This document shows positions 43,389 through 55,665 of a stretch of 64,000 bases of DNA, piece after piece. Location of the stretch: positions 192,001 through 256,000 of the forward strand of contig CANJVR010000003.1 in NCBI GenBank assembly GCA_947478395.1, read 5' to 3'. Every line of letters starts with the position of its first letter. Positions within the stretch are counted from its first letter, which is position 1. The translations under genes and the position numbers were made by a program. This DNA comes from Opitutia bacterium (lineage in GTDB: Bacteria; Verrucomicrobiota; Verrucomicrobiia; Opitutales; Opitutaceae). Below the pieces are notes generated by a model, which ran no database searches, was not told where the DNA came from, and was given only the letters and a program-made list of their open reading frames with translations.

Positions 43389-45515
43389 TTAGAAACCAAG
43401 CGCGTGGCCGGTTTGATAAACAAGAAAGCTCAAAATCCACGCTGTGCCAGTCATGTAGAACGTTTGAAAGATGGGCCATTTCCAGCTGTTGGTTTCACGT
43501 TTCACGACCGCGATGGTACTCACGCACTGCATCGCGAACACGTAGAAGATCATGAGCGTGATACAAACGAGCGGGGTGAAGAGTGCGCGACCGTCCGGCC
43601 ATTTGGCTGAACGCAGCGCCTCGCGGAGCGGAGCGGTGTTGTCGTCCTTGGATTGCGCGTTGAACACCACGCCCATCGTGGAAACGAACACTTCGCGGGC
43701 GTAAAAGGAATTGATCAGCCCGATGCCGATTCTCCAGTCGAAGCCCAGCGGTTTGATGACCGGTTCGAGCAGATGGCCCGCTTGGCCGGCGAAACTGTGG
43801 GAAAGCTGCTCCGTGGGAGATGCGGTTTCCGGCGCTTTCGGGTAGGTCGCGAAAAACCAAAGCAATACACTGATGCCGAGAATGACGGTACCCGCGCGGC
43901 GAATAAAAATCCCGGCGCGCTCGATCATTTGCAGTGCCACGTCGCGTAAACCCGGCAGCCGATATGGCGGGAGCTCCATGATCATGAGCGGGGGAGCGCC
44001 TTTCAGCAGCGTGCGTTTGAAAAGCCAGGCGAAGCCGAAAGCTCCGCCGGTACCGAGCGCATACATGAGCAGCATGATTCCGACTTTGGCTCCGAGCGAA
44101 ACGCGGTCGCCCGGCAGGAGGGCGGCGATCATCAGGAGATAGACCGGGAGACGCGCGGAGCAACTCATCAGCGGGGCGACGAGAATGGTGACGAGTCGAT
44201 CTCTCGGTTCCTCGATCGTGCGCGTGGCCATGATGCCGGGGATTGCGCACGCGTAGGAGCTGAGCAGCGGAATAAAACTTTTCCCGTTTAGGCCCACGCG
44301 GCTCATCAGACGGTCCATGATGAAAGCGGCCCGCGCCATGTATCCGGTGCTCTCCAAAAGACCGATGAAGAAAAATAAGATCAAAATCTGCGGCAGGAAA
44401 ACGAGCACGCCGCCCACGCCCGCGATCGCACCGTCGGTGATAAGATCCCGCAAGTCTCCGGGCTGCATCGCAGACTTCACCGAATTCGCCAGCTCGGCAA
44501 AATGGCGGTCGATCCAATTCATCGGATATTCTGCGAGCGTGAAGATACTGAGAAAGAGCAGCGTCATGACGCCGCTGAGTACGAGCCAGCCCCAGACGGG
44601 ATGAGTGACAACGCGATCGATACGGTCGCTGGTGGTGGGCGCGGCGCTGCCGCTGGTTTGGATGACTTCGCCAGCGAGGCGCCCAATCGCTTCGTAGCGC
44701 GAGGCGACGAGTGTACCCGCCCAGTCCATGTCTTCCGCGGCCCAGCGTTTTTTCCAAGTTTCGAGAATCTCGGCCGTGCGAGGCGTGAGCGGAGTCGAAC
44801 CTGCGACCCGGAGCGCGTCCTGATCGGTGAGCAGAAGCAGCGCCTCCGCGCGCGCGATCAGTGGCGATTTGCGATCGTTGCTGGCGAGGGACGCTTGAAG
44901 TTCGGCGACCGCCGGCGCGATGGCGGCGGGAATATCCCAAGCGTGACGCGAGAGCGAAAGATCCGGTCGGCTCATCGCGAGTTTCAACTCGATGAGGCCG
45001 CGTCCGTTGACGGCTTCACAAGCAATGACCGGGAGGCCGAGTTCGTGCTCGAGTCGCGCGAGCCGAAGCGTGAGGCCGGCTTGGGCCGCCAAGTCCATCA
45101 TGTTCACGACGAGGATCACAGGCCGGCCGAGGTCGAGGATCTGGTGAACGAGATAGAGATTTCGCTCGAGATTGGTCGCGTCGACGATGCAGAGAATGCG
45201 GTCGGGTTGCGCCGTATCGCTTCTTCGTCCGAGGAGTACGTCACGCGTCACTGCTTCATCGGGCGAACGCGCCGCGAGGGAATAGGTCCCGGGCAAATCG
45301 ATGACCGTGATGGGCTGGCCGTGTTGCGAGTAGGTGGTGCCAACTTTTTTCTCAACGGTGACGCCGGGATAATTTCCGACTTTTTGTTTCAGCCCGGTGA
45401 GCGCGTTGAAGAGCGTACTTTTGCCGCAGTTTGGATTGCCGACCAATGCGTAGATGGGTTGACGCGCGAGGGATGGCGGCGTCGACGCGCCAGTAAAATG
45501 ATCAGGCAAAGCCAT
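43389..45515 (-). CDS. feoB: Ferrous iron transporter B
   Basis: GNPNCGKS, VGNYPGVTVE, DLPGTYSL, GYMARAAF, CSARLP, MELPPY. Confidence 0.97.
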   Translation of the reverse strand: MALPDHFTGASTPPSLARQPIYALVGNPNCGKSTLFNALTGLKQKVGNYPGVTVEKKVGTTYSQHGQPITVIDLPGTYSLAARSPDEAVTRDVLLGRRSDTAQPDRILCIVDATNLERNLYLVHQILDLGRPVILVVNMMDLAAQAGLTLRLARLEHELGLPVIACEAVNGRGLIELKLAMSRPDLSLSRHAWDIPAAIAPAVAELQASLASNDRKSPLIARAEALLLLTDQDALRVAGSTPLTPRTAEILETWKKRWAAEDMDWAGTLVASRYEAIGRLAGEVIQTSGSAAPTTSDRIDRVVTHPVWGWLVLSGVMTLLFLSIFTLAEYPMNWIDRHFAELANSVKSAMQPGDLRDLITDGAIAGVGGVLVFLPQILILFFFIGLLESTGYMARAAFIMDRLMSRVGLNGKSFIPLLSSYACAIPGIMATRTIEEPRDRLVTILVAPLMSCSARLPVYLLMIAALLPGDRVSLGAKVGIMLLMYALGTGGAFGFAWLFKRTLLKGAPPLMIMELPPYRLPGLRDVALQMIERAGIFIRRAGTVILGISVLLWFFATYPKAPETASPTEQLSHSFAGQAGHLLEPVIKPLGFDWRIGIGLINSFYAREVFVSTMGVVFNAQSKDDNTAPLREALRSAKWPDGRALFTPLVCITLMIFYVFAMQCVSTIAVVKRETNSWKWPIFQTFYMTGTAWILSFLVYQTGHALGF

Positions 45516-45525
45516 TGAAATTTCC

Positions 45526-45777
45526 TCAGATCCGCTCGACTAAGATCTGCTCGGCCTCGCTTTTGCGCAGACTGAGACGGTATCCGCGAATTTTGATTTC
45601 CAATGGATCGCCCATGGGGGCGGTTCGCACGAGCGTTATTGGGGTGCCGGCGAGCAGTCCCATTTCGCGGAGACGAAGAAAAACGATTCCGGCCTTGGGG
45701 AACTCACCCACCTTTGCGGTATCGCCGGCGCTTAGTTGGGCCAAGGTCAGTCGGGCATTAATCGGCTGGGACGACAT
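45526..45777 (-). CDS. feoA: FeoA family protein
   Basis: RLREMGL..GT, APMGDP, LSLRKSEA. Confidence 0.93.
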   Translation of the reverse strand: MSSQPINARLTLAQLSAGDTAKVGEFPKAGIVFLRLREMGLLAGTPITLVRTAPMGDPLEIKIRGYRLSLRKSEAEQILVERI

Positions 45778-45818
45778 GACGAGTTGGCGAAGCGAAAGTC
45801 TGATTGGCGTTCGCCGCC

Positions 45819-46085
45819 CTACCCCACCGGCGGCGACATCACGCCGATTTGCTCCACCAGAATGTTACTCCCGGCGGCATGACTGAGCGCGATGCGCGTC
45901 CCGTTCACCTGACAGAGAATGGTCGTACTACCGGAAATTTTGGTCACGTAAGCCGATTCACCAAAACCCATTTCCCGAACTCTCTGGCAAAAATGCGGAT
46001 CACCAGTCAGCGCATACACTCGCCCCGTCATTCCAGCAGCGAGCTGGCAGAGCGGAAGGCGGGCAACGAGGGGCGGCGAACTCAT
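45819..46085 (-). CDS. feoA: Second FeoA family protein
   Basis: LCQL..G, RVREMGF, GTRIALS...I.V. Confidence 0.85.
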   Translation of the reverse strand: MSSPPLVARLPLCQLAAGMTGRVYALTGDPHFCQRVREMGFGESAYVTKISGSTTILCQVNGTRIALSHAAGSNILVEQIGVMSPPVG

Positions 46086-46108
46086 AGGGGAAAACCACGC
46101 TGGCGCTG

Positions 46109-46125
46109 TTGAGATTGAGTTTCAA
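46109..46125. promoter_or_regulatory. Candidate Fur-like iron-responsive operator TTGAGATTGAGTTTCAA
   Basis: Imperfect palindrome TTGAGA-N5-TTTCAA about 24 bp upstream of the first feoA. Confidence 0.55.
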
Positions 46126-46253
46126 GCGCGGCGTTCAGTTTTCTGCGCAAAAAGTCAGCGAAAGTCGGGTCTGGACCGACCGCCCGATTGCCGCGTTGGG
46201 TTCGTGGGCCTAGCGGCCCCCTCAGGCTCGCCCCAAAATTAACCCAAAATATT

Positions 46254-46661
46254 TCAGCGCCGGCGGCGCTTGAGCGCGAGCTGGGTGCCGGAGAAGCGGA
46301 CGAGCTCTTGGAGATGCTCGAATTCGTTCGGATCGATATTCTTCGCTTCTTTGATGGCCTGCTCGGCGCGCTGCATCGCGGTCTCGACCACTTTTTCGTC
46401 GATTTTTTCCTCGCTGATCGCGTGCTCGGCCAAGACCGATATCTTATCCCCGGTGATTTGGACAAAGCCGCCACCGACCGCCAAAGAGGTTGTGATAGTA
46501 CCCTTCGTCACGCGCAGCTCGCCATGCTCCACTTGCGCCAATAGCGGAATGTGTCCGGGCAAAATACCAATCTCCCCTTGCAAAGTCGGAATGACGACCG
46601 TGTCGACGGTATCCGCATAAACCCGGGCCTCCGGCGTAACGATTTCGAGAGTCAGAGACAT
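46254..46661 (-). CDS. atpC: ATP synthase F1 epsilon
   Basis: LEIVTPE, GEIGILPGH, GGF; operon position. Confidence 0.96.
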   Translation of the reverse strand: MSLTLEIVTPEARVYADTVDTVVIPTLQGEIGILPGHIPLLAQVEHGELRVTKGTITTSLAVGGGFVQITGDKISVLAEHAISEEKIDEKVVETAMQRAEQAIKEAKNIDPNEFEHLQELVRFSGTQLALKRRRR

Positions 46662-46734
46662 GGTGGGAAAAGCGACGGCCGCGGTGAACGAGAGAAGATT
46701 TGGTGATTAATCGGCGCGAACTGCAGGCATCGCC

Positions 46735-49073
<2,339 letters not shown>

Positions 49074-49177
49074 GAAGAAAGGAGCGAGTCGTTAGTTGCG
49101 GGTAGCGCGTAGAGGAGAAGTGATGCGCGAGATTTTTTTGGACTACTCGCTCTTCACCGCTCGATGCGAGCGACTAA

Positions 49178-50704
49178 TCAGCCGGTGTAGCCGGATTTCC
49201 ACTCGTCCACGGCCGCCTGCAATTTGGCCTCGATGTCTTTATCGAGCGCCGCTTTGGTGCGGATTTCCGTAAGCAAGGCGTCCTTCCGGGTGGTGAAGAA
49301 TTGTTTTAGTGAGGCCGCTGCGGCGACGACCTTTTTGGTGTCGATGGAATCGAAGAGACCCTTCTGCATCGCGAAGAGCACGGCGACCTGGACCTCAATC
49401 GCGCTCGGGCTGAAGGCGGGCTGCTTGAAGAGCTCAACGATCCGGGCTCCGCGTTCGAGCTGGGCCTTGGTCTTGGCGTCGAGATCGGAACCGAATTGCG
49501 CAAAGGCCGCGAGTTCGCGGAATTGGGCGAGCTCGCCCTTCAGTTTTCCGCCGACCTGTTTTGTCGCCTTGATTTGCGCCGCCGAACCAACCCGCGAGAC
49601 CGAGAGACCGACGGAGACGGCGGGACGAATGCCTTGGTTGAAGAGGTCGGTTTCGAGGAAGATCTGGCCGTCGGTGATCGAGATCACGTTGGTCGGAATG
49701 TACGCGGAAACGTCGCCGGCGAGCGTTTCAATGATCGGCAGCGCGGTGAGCGAGCCTTTGCCGTCGAGGCGCGCGGCGCGCTCGAGCAGCCGTGAATGCA
49801 AATAAAACACGTCGCCGGGATACGCTTCGCGCCCTGAAGGGCGTTTCAAGATGAGCGAAATTTGGCGATAAGCGACGGCGTGTTTGGATAGATCGTCATA
49901 AACGATCAGTGCATCCTGGCCGTTCTCCATGAACCACTCGCCCATCGCGGCGCCGGAGTACGGGGCGATGTATTGATTGGCGGGATTATCGGCCGCGGGC
50001 GCCGCTACGATGATGGTAAATTCGAGGGCGCCTGCGGCTTCGAGCGCGCCGATGGTGCGAACGATATTGGAATTTTTCTGCCCAATCGCGACGTAGATGG
50101 AGTAGACCGGGCGGAATTTCGCATCGCCGCTCGCGAGACCGACTTTGTTGATCTTCGCCTGATTGATGATCGTATCGATTGCGATCGTGGTCTTGCCGGT
50201 GCCACGGTCGCCGATGATCAACTCGCGTTGACCGCGGCCGATTGGGATCATGGAATCAATGGCCATGATGCCGGTGAAGAGCGGCTGGGAAACTGATTTG
50301 CGAACGATAATGCCGGGGGCGATACGCTCGACCGGATAACTTTCCTTGGCATCAATTGGGCCTTTGCCATCGACGGGCTGGCCGAGGGCATCGACCGCGC
50401 GGCCAAGCAGAGCTTTGCCGACGGGCACAGACAGAAGTTTACCGGTGGTCTGAACTTCGTCGCCTTCCTTCAGCTGTGAAATGTCACCGAGAATGACGCA
50501 GCCGACTTCGTCCTCCTCCAGGTTGAGCGCGATACCGATGGCGCCGCCCGGAAACGAGACCATCTCGTTATACATGACGTCGGAAAGCCCGTCGATTTTG
50601 GCGACACCGTCGGCGATGGTGCGGATGTTGCCGGTATTCTTTTTGACCGCCTTGCTCGAAAGCTTGGCGATCTGTTGTTCGATTTGGTCGAGGACGGTGC
50701 TCAT
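49178..50704 (-). CDS. atpA: ATP synthase F1 alpha
   Basis: [36 protein letters not shown]. Confidence 0.99.
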   Translation of the reverse strand: MSTVLDQIEQQIAKLSSKAVKKNTGNIRTIADGVAKIDGLSDVMYNEMVSFPGGAIGIALNLEEDEVGCVILGDISQLKEGDEVQTTGKLLSVPVGKALLGRAVDALGQPVDGKGPIDAKESYPVERIAPGIIVRKSVSQPLFTGIMAIDSMIPIGRGQRELIIGDRGTGKTTIAIDTIINQAKINKVGLASGDAKFRPVYSIYVAIGQKNSNIVRTIGALEAAGALEFTIIVAAPAADNPANQYIAPYSGAAMGEWFMENGQDALIVYDDLSKHAVAYRQISLILKRPSGREAYPGDVFYLHSRLLERAARLDGKGSLTALPIIETLAGDVSAYIPTNVISITDGQIFLETDLFNQGIRPAVSVGLSVSRVGSAAQIKATKQVGGKLKGELAQFRELAAFAQFGSDLDAKTKAQLERGARIVELFKQPAFSPSAIEVQVAVLFAMQKGLFDSIDTKKVVAAAASLKQFFTTRKDALLTEIRTKAALDKDIEAKLQAAVDEWKSGYTG

Positions 50705-50746
50705 CGGAAAAATACTTAGGTTGGAAGCAGGCGGGTTTTGAAAAAT

Positions 50747-51142
50747 TTAGACGGCAGCCGCGAGGGCGGACAACTGGCCGGAGACGGACGACTCGTACAC
50801 ATCGTCGCCAACTTGCACCCGCAAGCCGGCCAGCAGGGCGGGATTGGCGGCGGCCGTGGCGGTGATGCTTCGGCCGTATTTTTTCGTCATGGCCGCGGAA
50901 ATTGCGGCCAGCGTGGCATTGTTGATTGATCCGGCGTGCTCAACCACGGCGGCACTCCGGGCCAGTTCGCGGGCGACGAGGCGGGCATAGGCGCGGAGCA
51001 CCATCAGCGAATTCGCGGGCTGGTGTTTTTCAACATACGCGAGCACGCCCGCGACCCGATCGGTCGAGACGGCGCCGTCGAGCACGCTCATCTTGAAAAA
51101 CTGACGGGCGAGCTGAAGGGCTTTTTTTCCGTGGGATGCCAT
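50747..51142 (-). CDS. atpH: ATP synthase delta (short, 131 aa)
   Basis: C-terminal NPALLAGLRVQVGDDVYESSV OSCP pattern; operon position. Confidence 0.88.
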   Translation of the reverse strand: MASHGKKALQLARQFFKMSVLDGAVSTDRVAGVLAYVEKHQPANSLMVLRAYARLVARELARSAAVVEHAGSINNATLAAISAAMTKKYGRSITATAAANPALLAGLRVQVGDDVYESSVSGQLSALAAAV

Positions 51143-51166
51143 TGCAAGAATCGAGATTGAAAACGA

Positions 51167-51736
51167 TTAAACGCCGGTGAGCTCGCGGGCGGCCGCGTCG
51201 TTGTAACGGCTGCGCTCCGCGTCGGAAAGTTCCTTGGCGAGCACGCGCTGCGTGGTCGCAACGACGAGGCGGGCGATTTCCGTCCGCGCTTCGGCGAGCA
51301 TTTTTTTCTTTTCGAGCTCGATTGCTTGCTGCGCTTTCGCGATGAGCGCCGCAGCTTGTTCGATCGCTTCTTTTTGCTGCTTGTCCGAGAACTCCTTGGC
51401 GGTTTTTTGCGTTTCGGCTACGATCGCCTGGGCTTTTAGCTGGGCTTCCCGCTGCGCTACCTCAGTTTTTTGCAGAGTGAGGGCCAGCTGGGCTTTCATC
51501 TCCTCCGCGTAGGTGAGGCCTTCGGAGATTTTCTTCTGACGTTCATCCATCGCCGCGATCACGGGTTTGATGCCGAACCTATACAGGACAGAGAGAACGA
51601 TCAGAAAACTGACCAGTTGAATCAGGACGTATTTCCATTCGACGCCGAAATGGCCGAAGGTTTCCTTCAGATTTTCAACCACGCCGGGCGAGGCGGACGT
51701 TTCTGCAGCGGCAGCGAAGATCAAGGGCAGGGACAT
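51167..51736 (-). CDS. atpF: ATP synthase F0 subunit b
   Basis: One TM, KP...MDER..KI, coiled coil. Confidence 0.93.
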   Translation of the reverse strand: MSLPLIFAAAAETSASPGVVENLKETFGHFGVEWKYVLIQLVSFLIVLSVLYRFGIKPVIAAMDERQKKISEGLTYAEEMKAQLALTLQKTEVAQREAQLKAQAIVAETQKTAKEFSDKQQKEAIEQAAALIAKAQQAIELEKKKMLAEARTEIARLVVATTQRVLAKELSDAERSRYNDAAARELTGV

Positions 51737-51752
51737 AGCGGGAAAAGGGAAT

Positions 51753-51777
51753 GGCAGCGCGGCGATACCGCGCTGCC
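51753..51777 (-). other. GC-rich stem-loop between atpE and atpF (mRNA stabiliser or partial terminator)
   Basis: GGCAGCGCGG-CGATA-CCGCGCTGCC perfect 10-bp stem. Confidence 0.6.
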
Positions 51778-51790
51778 GGTTCGCAAGCGA

Positions 51791-52000
51791 TTATTTCGTG
51801 GCGAGGAACAGCGCGAGAATGCCGAGGCCTTCCGCGAGCGCCATGCCAATGATGGCCTGGACAAGGATCTTGCCGGAAGCAGCCGGATTGCGGCCGACGG
51901 CTTCGGCGGCCTTGAAACCGATCAAGCCTACGCCGATGGCGGCGCCGAGCAGACCGAATGCGCTAGTCAAATTGCCGTAGAGTTCAGCAAACATGTTCAT
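51791..52000 (-). CDS. atpE: ATP synthase F0 subunit c (probably H+-coupled)
   Basis: GxxxGxG helix, GRNP loop, ALAEG carboxylate without the ES/T Na+ signature. Confidence 0.96.
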   Translation of the reverse strand: MNMFAELYGNLTSAFGLLGAAIGVGLIGFKAAEAVGRNPAASGKILVQAIIGMALAEGLGILALFLATK

Positions 52001-52074
52001 TTGGATGTATTGGATTATTTGTGTTGGAGGTCCGCCGTGCGCACGCGTGGCACGCTCCCGGCGGGAAAGTAAAA

Positions 52075-52971
52075 TCAATGATGCGTTCCAGCTCCCGTGG
52101 TTCCGTGCGAATCGTCATGCTCAGCCGCGTGATCCTCGCCATGATTGCAAAGTAGACCGATATAAACCGAGGTGAGCAGGGTGAATACGAGCGCTTGGAT
52201 CAGGCCGACCAGCAGCTCCATGAAGTAAAAAATAAAGAAAAAGCCCGTGCCGTGCAGTAGGTTTTCGCCGCCGAAAACGTTGCCAAAAAGCCGAACTGAA
52301 AGCGTAAAAGGTCGGATGAAAATCGAGAACACCTCGATACAACCGACGAGCAGAAATACGATTGCCAGAAACGGGTAGAGCCAACCTGGGGTTTCACTTT
52401 TTTCGGCCTTATTGCCGAAGAGATCGATCAGGATCACTCGCGGGCCGGCGATTTTGAAAACGATAATGGCCCAAGCGCCGAAGGAAATCGCCGAGAGTGC
52501 GATCGTCCCATTGAAATCGGAGTTGTGCGGGCGAATGAGAGGGCTGGTGATATGAAAGCCATGCGCGGTATCGTGGCCCCACCCGATCGTGCCGACGCCC
52601 GGGAACAGTCCCATCCAATTGTGAAAAAGGATGAAGATGAAAAATGTAACAAGTAGCGGAAATGCGATCGGGAATGCATGCTTGCCCACGATAGGCTCGA
52701 ACAATTCGCGCAGCGCCTCGATCAAGGATTCGATCACCGCCTGCCCCTTGGAAGGGAGGACTGACGGTTTACCGACCAGCCACAGCACGAGGAGAATTAA
52801 CAACGTTGAAACCGTCCAACCGGTCACCATGCTGTTCGTAATTGCCCACCCGTTGCCAAAATCGATCAACTTCGATGCAGCAGGCGCTACCCCACCCTCT
52901 TCGGCGGCGAACGCCGGAGAAATTCCCGTGAGAGATAATGCGAGAAATGCGAGCTTTGTGAGCCGTGACAT
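52075..52971 (-). CDS. atpB: ATP synthase F0 subunit a
   Basis: NWMGLFPG, RPFTLSVRLFGN, ELLVGLIQALVFTLL. Confidence 0.96.
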   Translation of the reverse strand: MSRLTKLAFLALSLTGISPAFAAEEGGVAPAASKLIDFGNGWAITNSMVTGWTVSTLLILLVLWLVGKPSVLPSKGQAVIESLIEALRELFEPIVGKHAFPIAFPLLVTFFIFILFHNWMGLFPGVGTIGWGHDTAHGFHITSPLIRPHNSDFNGTIALSAISFGAWAIIVFKIAGPRVILIDLFGNKAEKSETPGWLYPFLAIVFLLVGCIEVFSIFIRPFTLSVRLFGNVFGGENLLHGTGFFFIFYFMELLVGLIQALVFTLLTSVYIGLLCNHGEDHAAEHDDSHGTTGAGTHH

Positions 52972-53106
52972 GAGGCAATCTAGACGTGTGAAAGGTTTAG
53001 AAAGAATCGACCAAGGCAAACGCCGGAGGCTCCGTCAACCCCTGAAAGCGGCCTCGGACGAAGCGGGTACGGAAATTAGTCGAATGATGGATTTTAGGGC
53101 GACTGC

Positions 53107-53709
53107 TTATGTCACCGGCACGCGGCTGGCGACGAGCGAGCGGTAGCTGGGTGCACGGGCTTGAAATACGGTCACCAGTTCGAATGGCCATGGCTCTCTA
53201 GCCAGCTGCCAAGCCGGATGGTCGTTAATCGCAGCGGCGGCGGCCTCGAAATATTCAACATGGTCTGTTCGGAAATAGAGTCGCGTCTCGGGCGACGACC
53301 GAACTGAAAGCGCATCAAGGAGATGGGACTGAAGCAGCCGATTTTTGTGATGGCGACGTTTTGGCCAAGGATCAGGGAAAAGTAGAAACACGTTCGACAG
53401 AGCCACCCGGGAAGGAAGCGCCGCCAAGAATTCGAACGCCTCAGCTAAGAAAAAATCGAGGTTGTCCAGTTTTGCTCGATTGCGCTTTCGAACGGCGCGC
53501 TGAACACGATCACGAATGAGATCCACCCCCACAAAGTGGTCTTGACGATGCCCGGCAGCGTAAGCGGAGAGGAAGTGCCCGTGTCCGCAACCCAGTTCCA
53601 GCGTGATCTTGGTTGGGGAAGGAAACCGCTCATCGAGAGCAGTTTCCAATTCGCTACGTCGCTGGACGAGCCGGGCTAAGTGATCGGCAGTACGGGCTAG
53701 GTTTTCCAC
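53107..53709 (-). CDS. trmB: tRNA (guanine-N7)-methyltransferase
   Basis: LELGCGHG, FPDPWPKRRHHKNRL, FRTD..EYF; start uncertain. Confidence 0.9.
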   Translation of the reverse strand: MENLARTADHLARLVQRRSELETALDERFPSPTKITLELGCGHGHFLSAYAAGHRQDHFVGVDLIRDRVQRAVRKRNRAKLDNLDFFLAEAFEFLAALPSRVALSNVFLLFPDPWPKRRHHKNRLLQSHLLDALSVRSSPETRLYFRTDHVEYFEAAAAAINDHPAWQLAREPWPFELVTVFQARAPSYRSLVASRVPVT

Positions 53710-53743
53710 GGGAACTATGGTCAATGACAAGGCGAGAACACCG

Positions 53744-55627
53744 TCAGTTTTGAGACCGCCGGCGGGCTTCCACCGCAATTAATAGAATGCTTATGTCGGA
53801 AGGATTGACCCCACTAATCCGACTGGCTTGCCCGAGCGTTGTGGGGCGAATTTCCGACAGCTTAAGTGCGCTTTCACGCCGCAATCCGCGGAGGTTGGCA
53901 AAGTCAAAATCGACTGGAATCTGGACTTTATTGGCATGCTCAAATTTTTTGATGTGCCGAAATTCTCTATCTATATAACCTTTATAAACAATTTGATACA
54001 TAACTTCTGACAGAATTTCGGGCGTCTCAGAATTAAACAATGCAGGAAATTCGAGGGTTCGATTTTGGCCCCGCCCCTCCTCGCTGCGAATTTGATCCCC
54101 ATAAGTTTGGCCCCCCACCCGCTGCGATTCGAAAAATTGGAGCCAGTGTTGAATGCGCCTGTTCTTGGCTTCAATCATGGAAGCCCGCGACGCACTGATC
54201 AACCCGTGCGCTTGCGCATGGTGTCGCAAACGCAGTTCCGCGCTTCCGTGATTAAACAGTAGGCGGTACTCGGCTCGGCTGGTGAACATCCTGTACGGTT
54301 CGGTTGTGCCCTTCGTCACCAAATCGTCGATTAACACCCCAATATAACCTTCGTGCCGGGCAATCACGAGCGGCGCAATCCCCCGGGTCTTATTAACCGC
54401 ATTGACCCCGGCGATCAACCCCTGAGCTGCAGCCTCCTCATAGCCCGAAGTGCCATTGATTTGGCCGGCAAAGAAAAGACCCTCAACTTTTTTTGATTCA
54501 AGCGACGGAAATAGCTGCGTGGGTGGGGCAAAGTCATATTCCACCGCGTAGGCCGGCCGCAGGATTTGGGCGTTCTCTAATCCCGGCACGCTGTGAACAA
54601 GATCCAGCTGGACGTCGAAGGGCAGACTTGTTGACAAGCCATTCACATAGAATTCGTTGGTCGCCCTACCCTCCGGCTCGAGGAAAAGCAGATGCCTGGG
54701 CCGGTCCGCGAAGCGTACAAATTTGTCTTCGATACTTGGGCAATATCTTGGCCCAACGCCCTCTATCTCGCCGCTGTACATCGCTGATCGATGCAGGTTG
54801 TCCCGAACGATCTGCGCGGACTCCGCCGTGGTATGGGTCATCCAGCACGAAACTTGTTCACAACCGGGCGGCCAGCCGATGCGGCGTTCCGCAGTCTGTT
54901 CCACGTAGAACAAATCGGCGGCATCACGCGTGTCATGAAACGCAAAAAACGTTGGGCTCGAATCTCCTTTTTGCTCCTCCATCTTCGAGAAATCAATGGT
55001 ACGGCCAAGCAAACGAGGCGGCGTCCCGGTCTTGAGCCGCTGTAGCTCGATTCCGGCTTCAATAAAACTAGCGGACAGCGTTTTCGCGCTAAAATCGCCC
55101 AATCGACCGCCCTCATTCTTGTTTTCTCCAATATGCATCAATCCGCGCAAAAATGTTCCCGTGGTCACAACAACCGACTTGCCATAAAATTCTAAATCCA
55201 AATTTGTCCGGCATCCGGCAACTCGGCCGTTGCGATAAATCAGGCCGGTTACGGTCGCCTGAAAAAGCGACAGGTTTACCTGGAGCTCCACGGTGTGTTT
55301 CAAACGAAACTGATAGGCTTTTTTATCGCACTGAGCCCGGGGAGATTGGACCGCCGGCCCTTTGGATTCATTCAACAATCGAAACTGAATCCCGGTGACA
55401 TCGGTGTTGATCGCCATCTCACCACCCAATGCATCAATTTCCCGGACCATCTGTCCCTTCGCCTGGCCTCCGATTGCGGGGTTACAGCTCATCTGAGCAA
55501 TCGTGTCGATGTTTCCGGTAAGGAGTAGGGTAGAGGCGCCCATTCTAGCGGCGGCAAGGGCAGCCTCCACACCGGCATGGCCAGCGCCGCATACGATTAC
55601 ATCGAAAATACCATCCATTCTGCTCAT
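53744..55627 (-). CDS. mnmG: tRNA uridine-5-carboxymethylaminomethyl modification enzyme (GidA)
   Basis: [59 protein letters not shown]. Confidence 0.98.
   Translation of the reverse strand: MSRMDGIFDVIVCGAGHAGVEAALAAARMGASTLLLTGNIDTIAQMSCNPAIGGQAKGQMVREIDALGGEMAINTDVTGIQFRLLNESKGPAVQSPRAQCDKKAYQFRLKHTVELQVNLSLFQATVTGLIYRNGRVAGCRTNLDLEFYGKSVVVTTGTFLRGLMHIGENKNEGGRLGDFSAKTLSASFIEAGIELQRLKTGTPPRLLGRTIDFSKMEEQKGDSSPTFFAFHDTRDAADLFYVEQTAERRIGWPPGCEQVSCWMTHTTAESAQIVRDNLHRSAMYSGEIEGVGPRYCPSIEDKFVRFADRPRHLLFLEPEGRATNEFYVNGLSTSLPFDVQLDLVHSVPGLENAQILRPAYAVEYDFAPPTQLFPSLESKKVEGLFFAGQINGTSGYEEAAAQGLIAGVNAVNKTRGIAPLVIARHEGYIGVLIDDLVTKGTTEPYRMFTSRAEYRLLFNHGSAELRLRHHAQAHGLISASRASMIEAKNRRIQHWLQFFESQRVGGQTYGDQIRSEEGRGQNRTLEFPALFNSETPEILSEVMYQIVYKGYIDREFRHIKKFEHANKVQIPVDFDFANLRGLRRESALKLSEIRPTTLGQASRISGVNPSDISILLIAVEARRRSQN
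54897..54912. promoter_or_regulatory. parS-like centromere site TGTTCCACGTAGAACA inside mnmG
   Basis: 15 of 16 positions match the perfect parS palindrome TGTTCCACGTGGAACA. Confidence 0.75.
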
Positions 55628-55665
55628 GTTATATAAACTCCTTTTGCTGAAATACTTCTGCTATA

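Noticed and set aside
53701..53716. Second parS site (GTTTTCCACGGGAACT) near the trmB start
   Set aside because: It needs a deletion plus mismatches to fit the consensus; too degenerate to call.
55628..55665. oriC in the AT-rich mnmE-mnmG spacer
   Set aside because: Only 38 bp long, and I saw no TTATCCACA-type DnaA-box cluster here or nearby.
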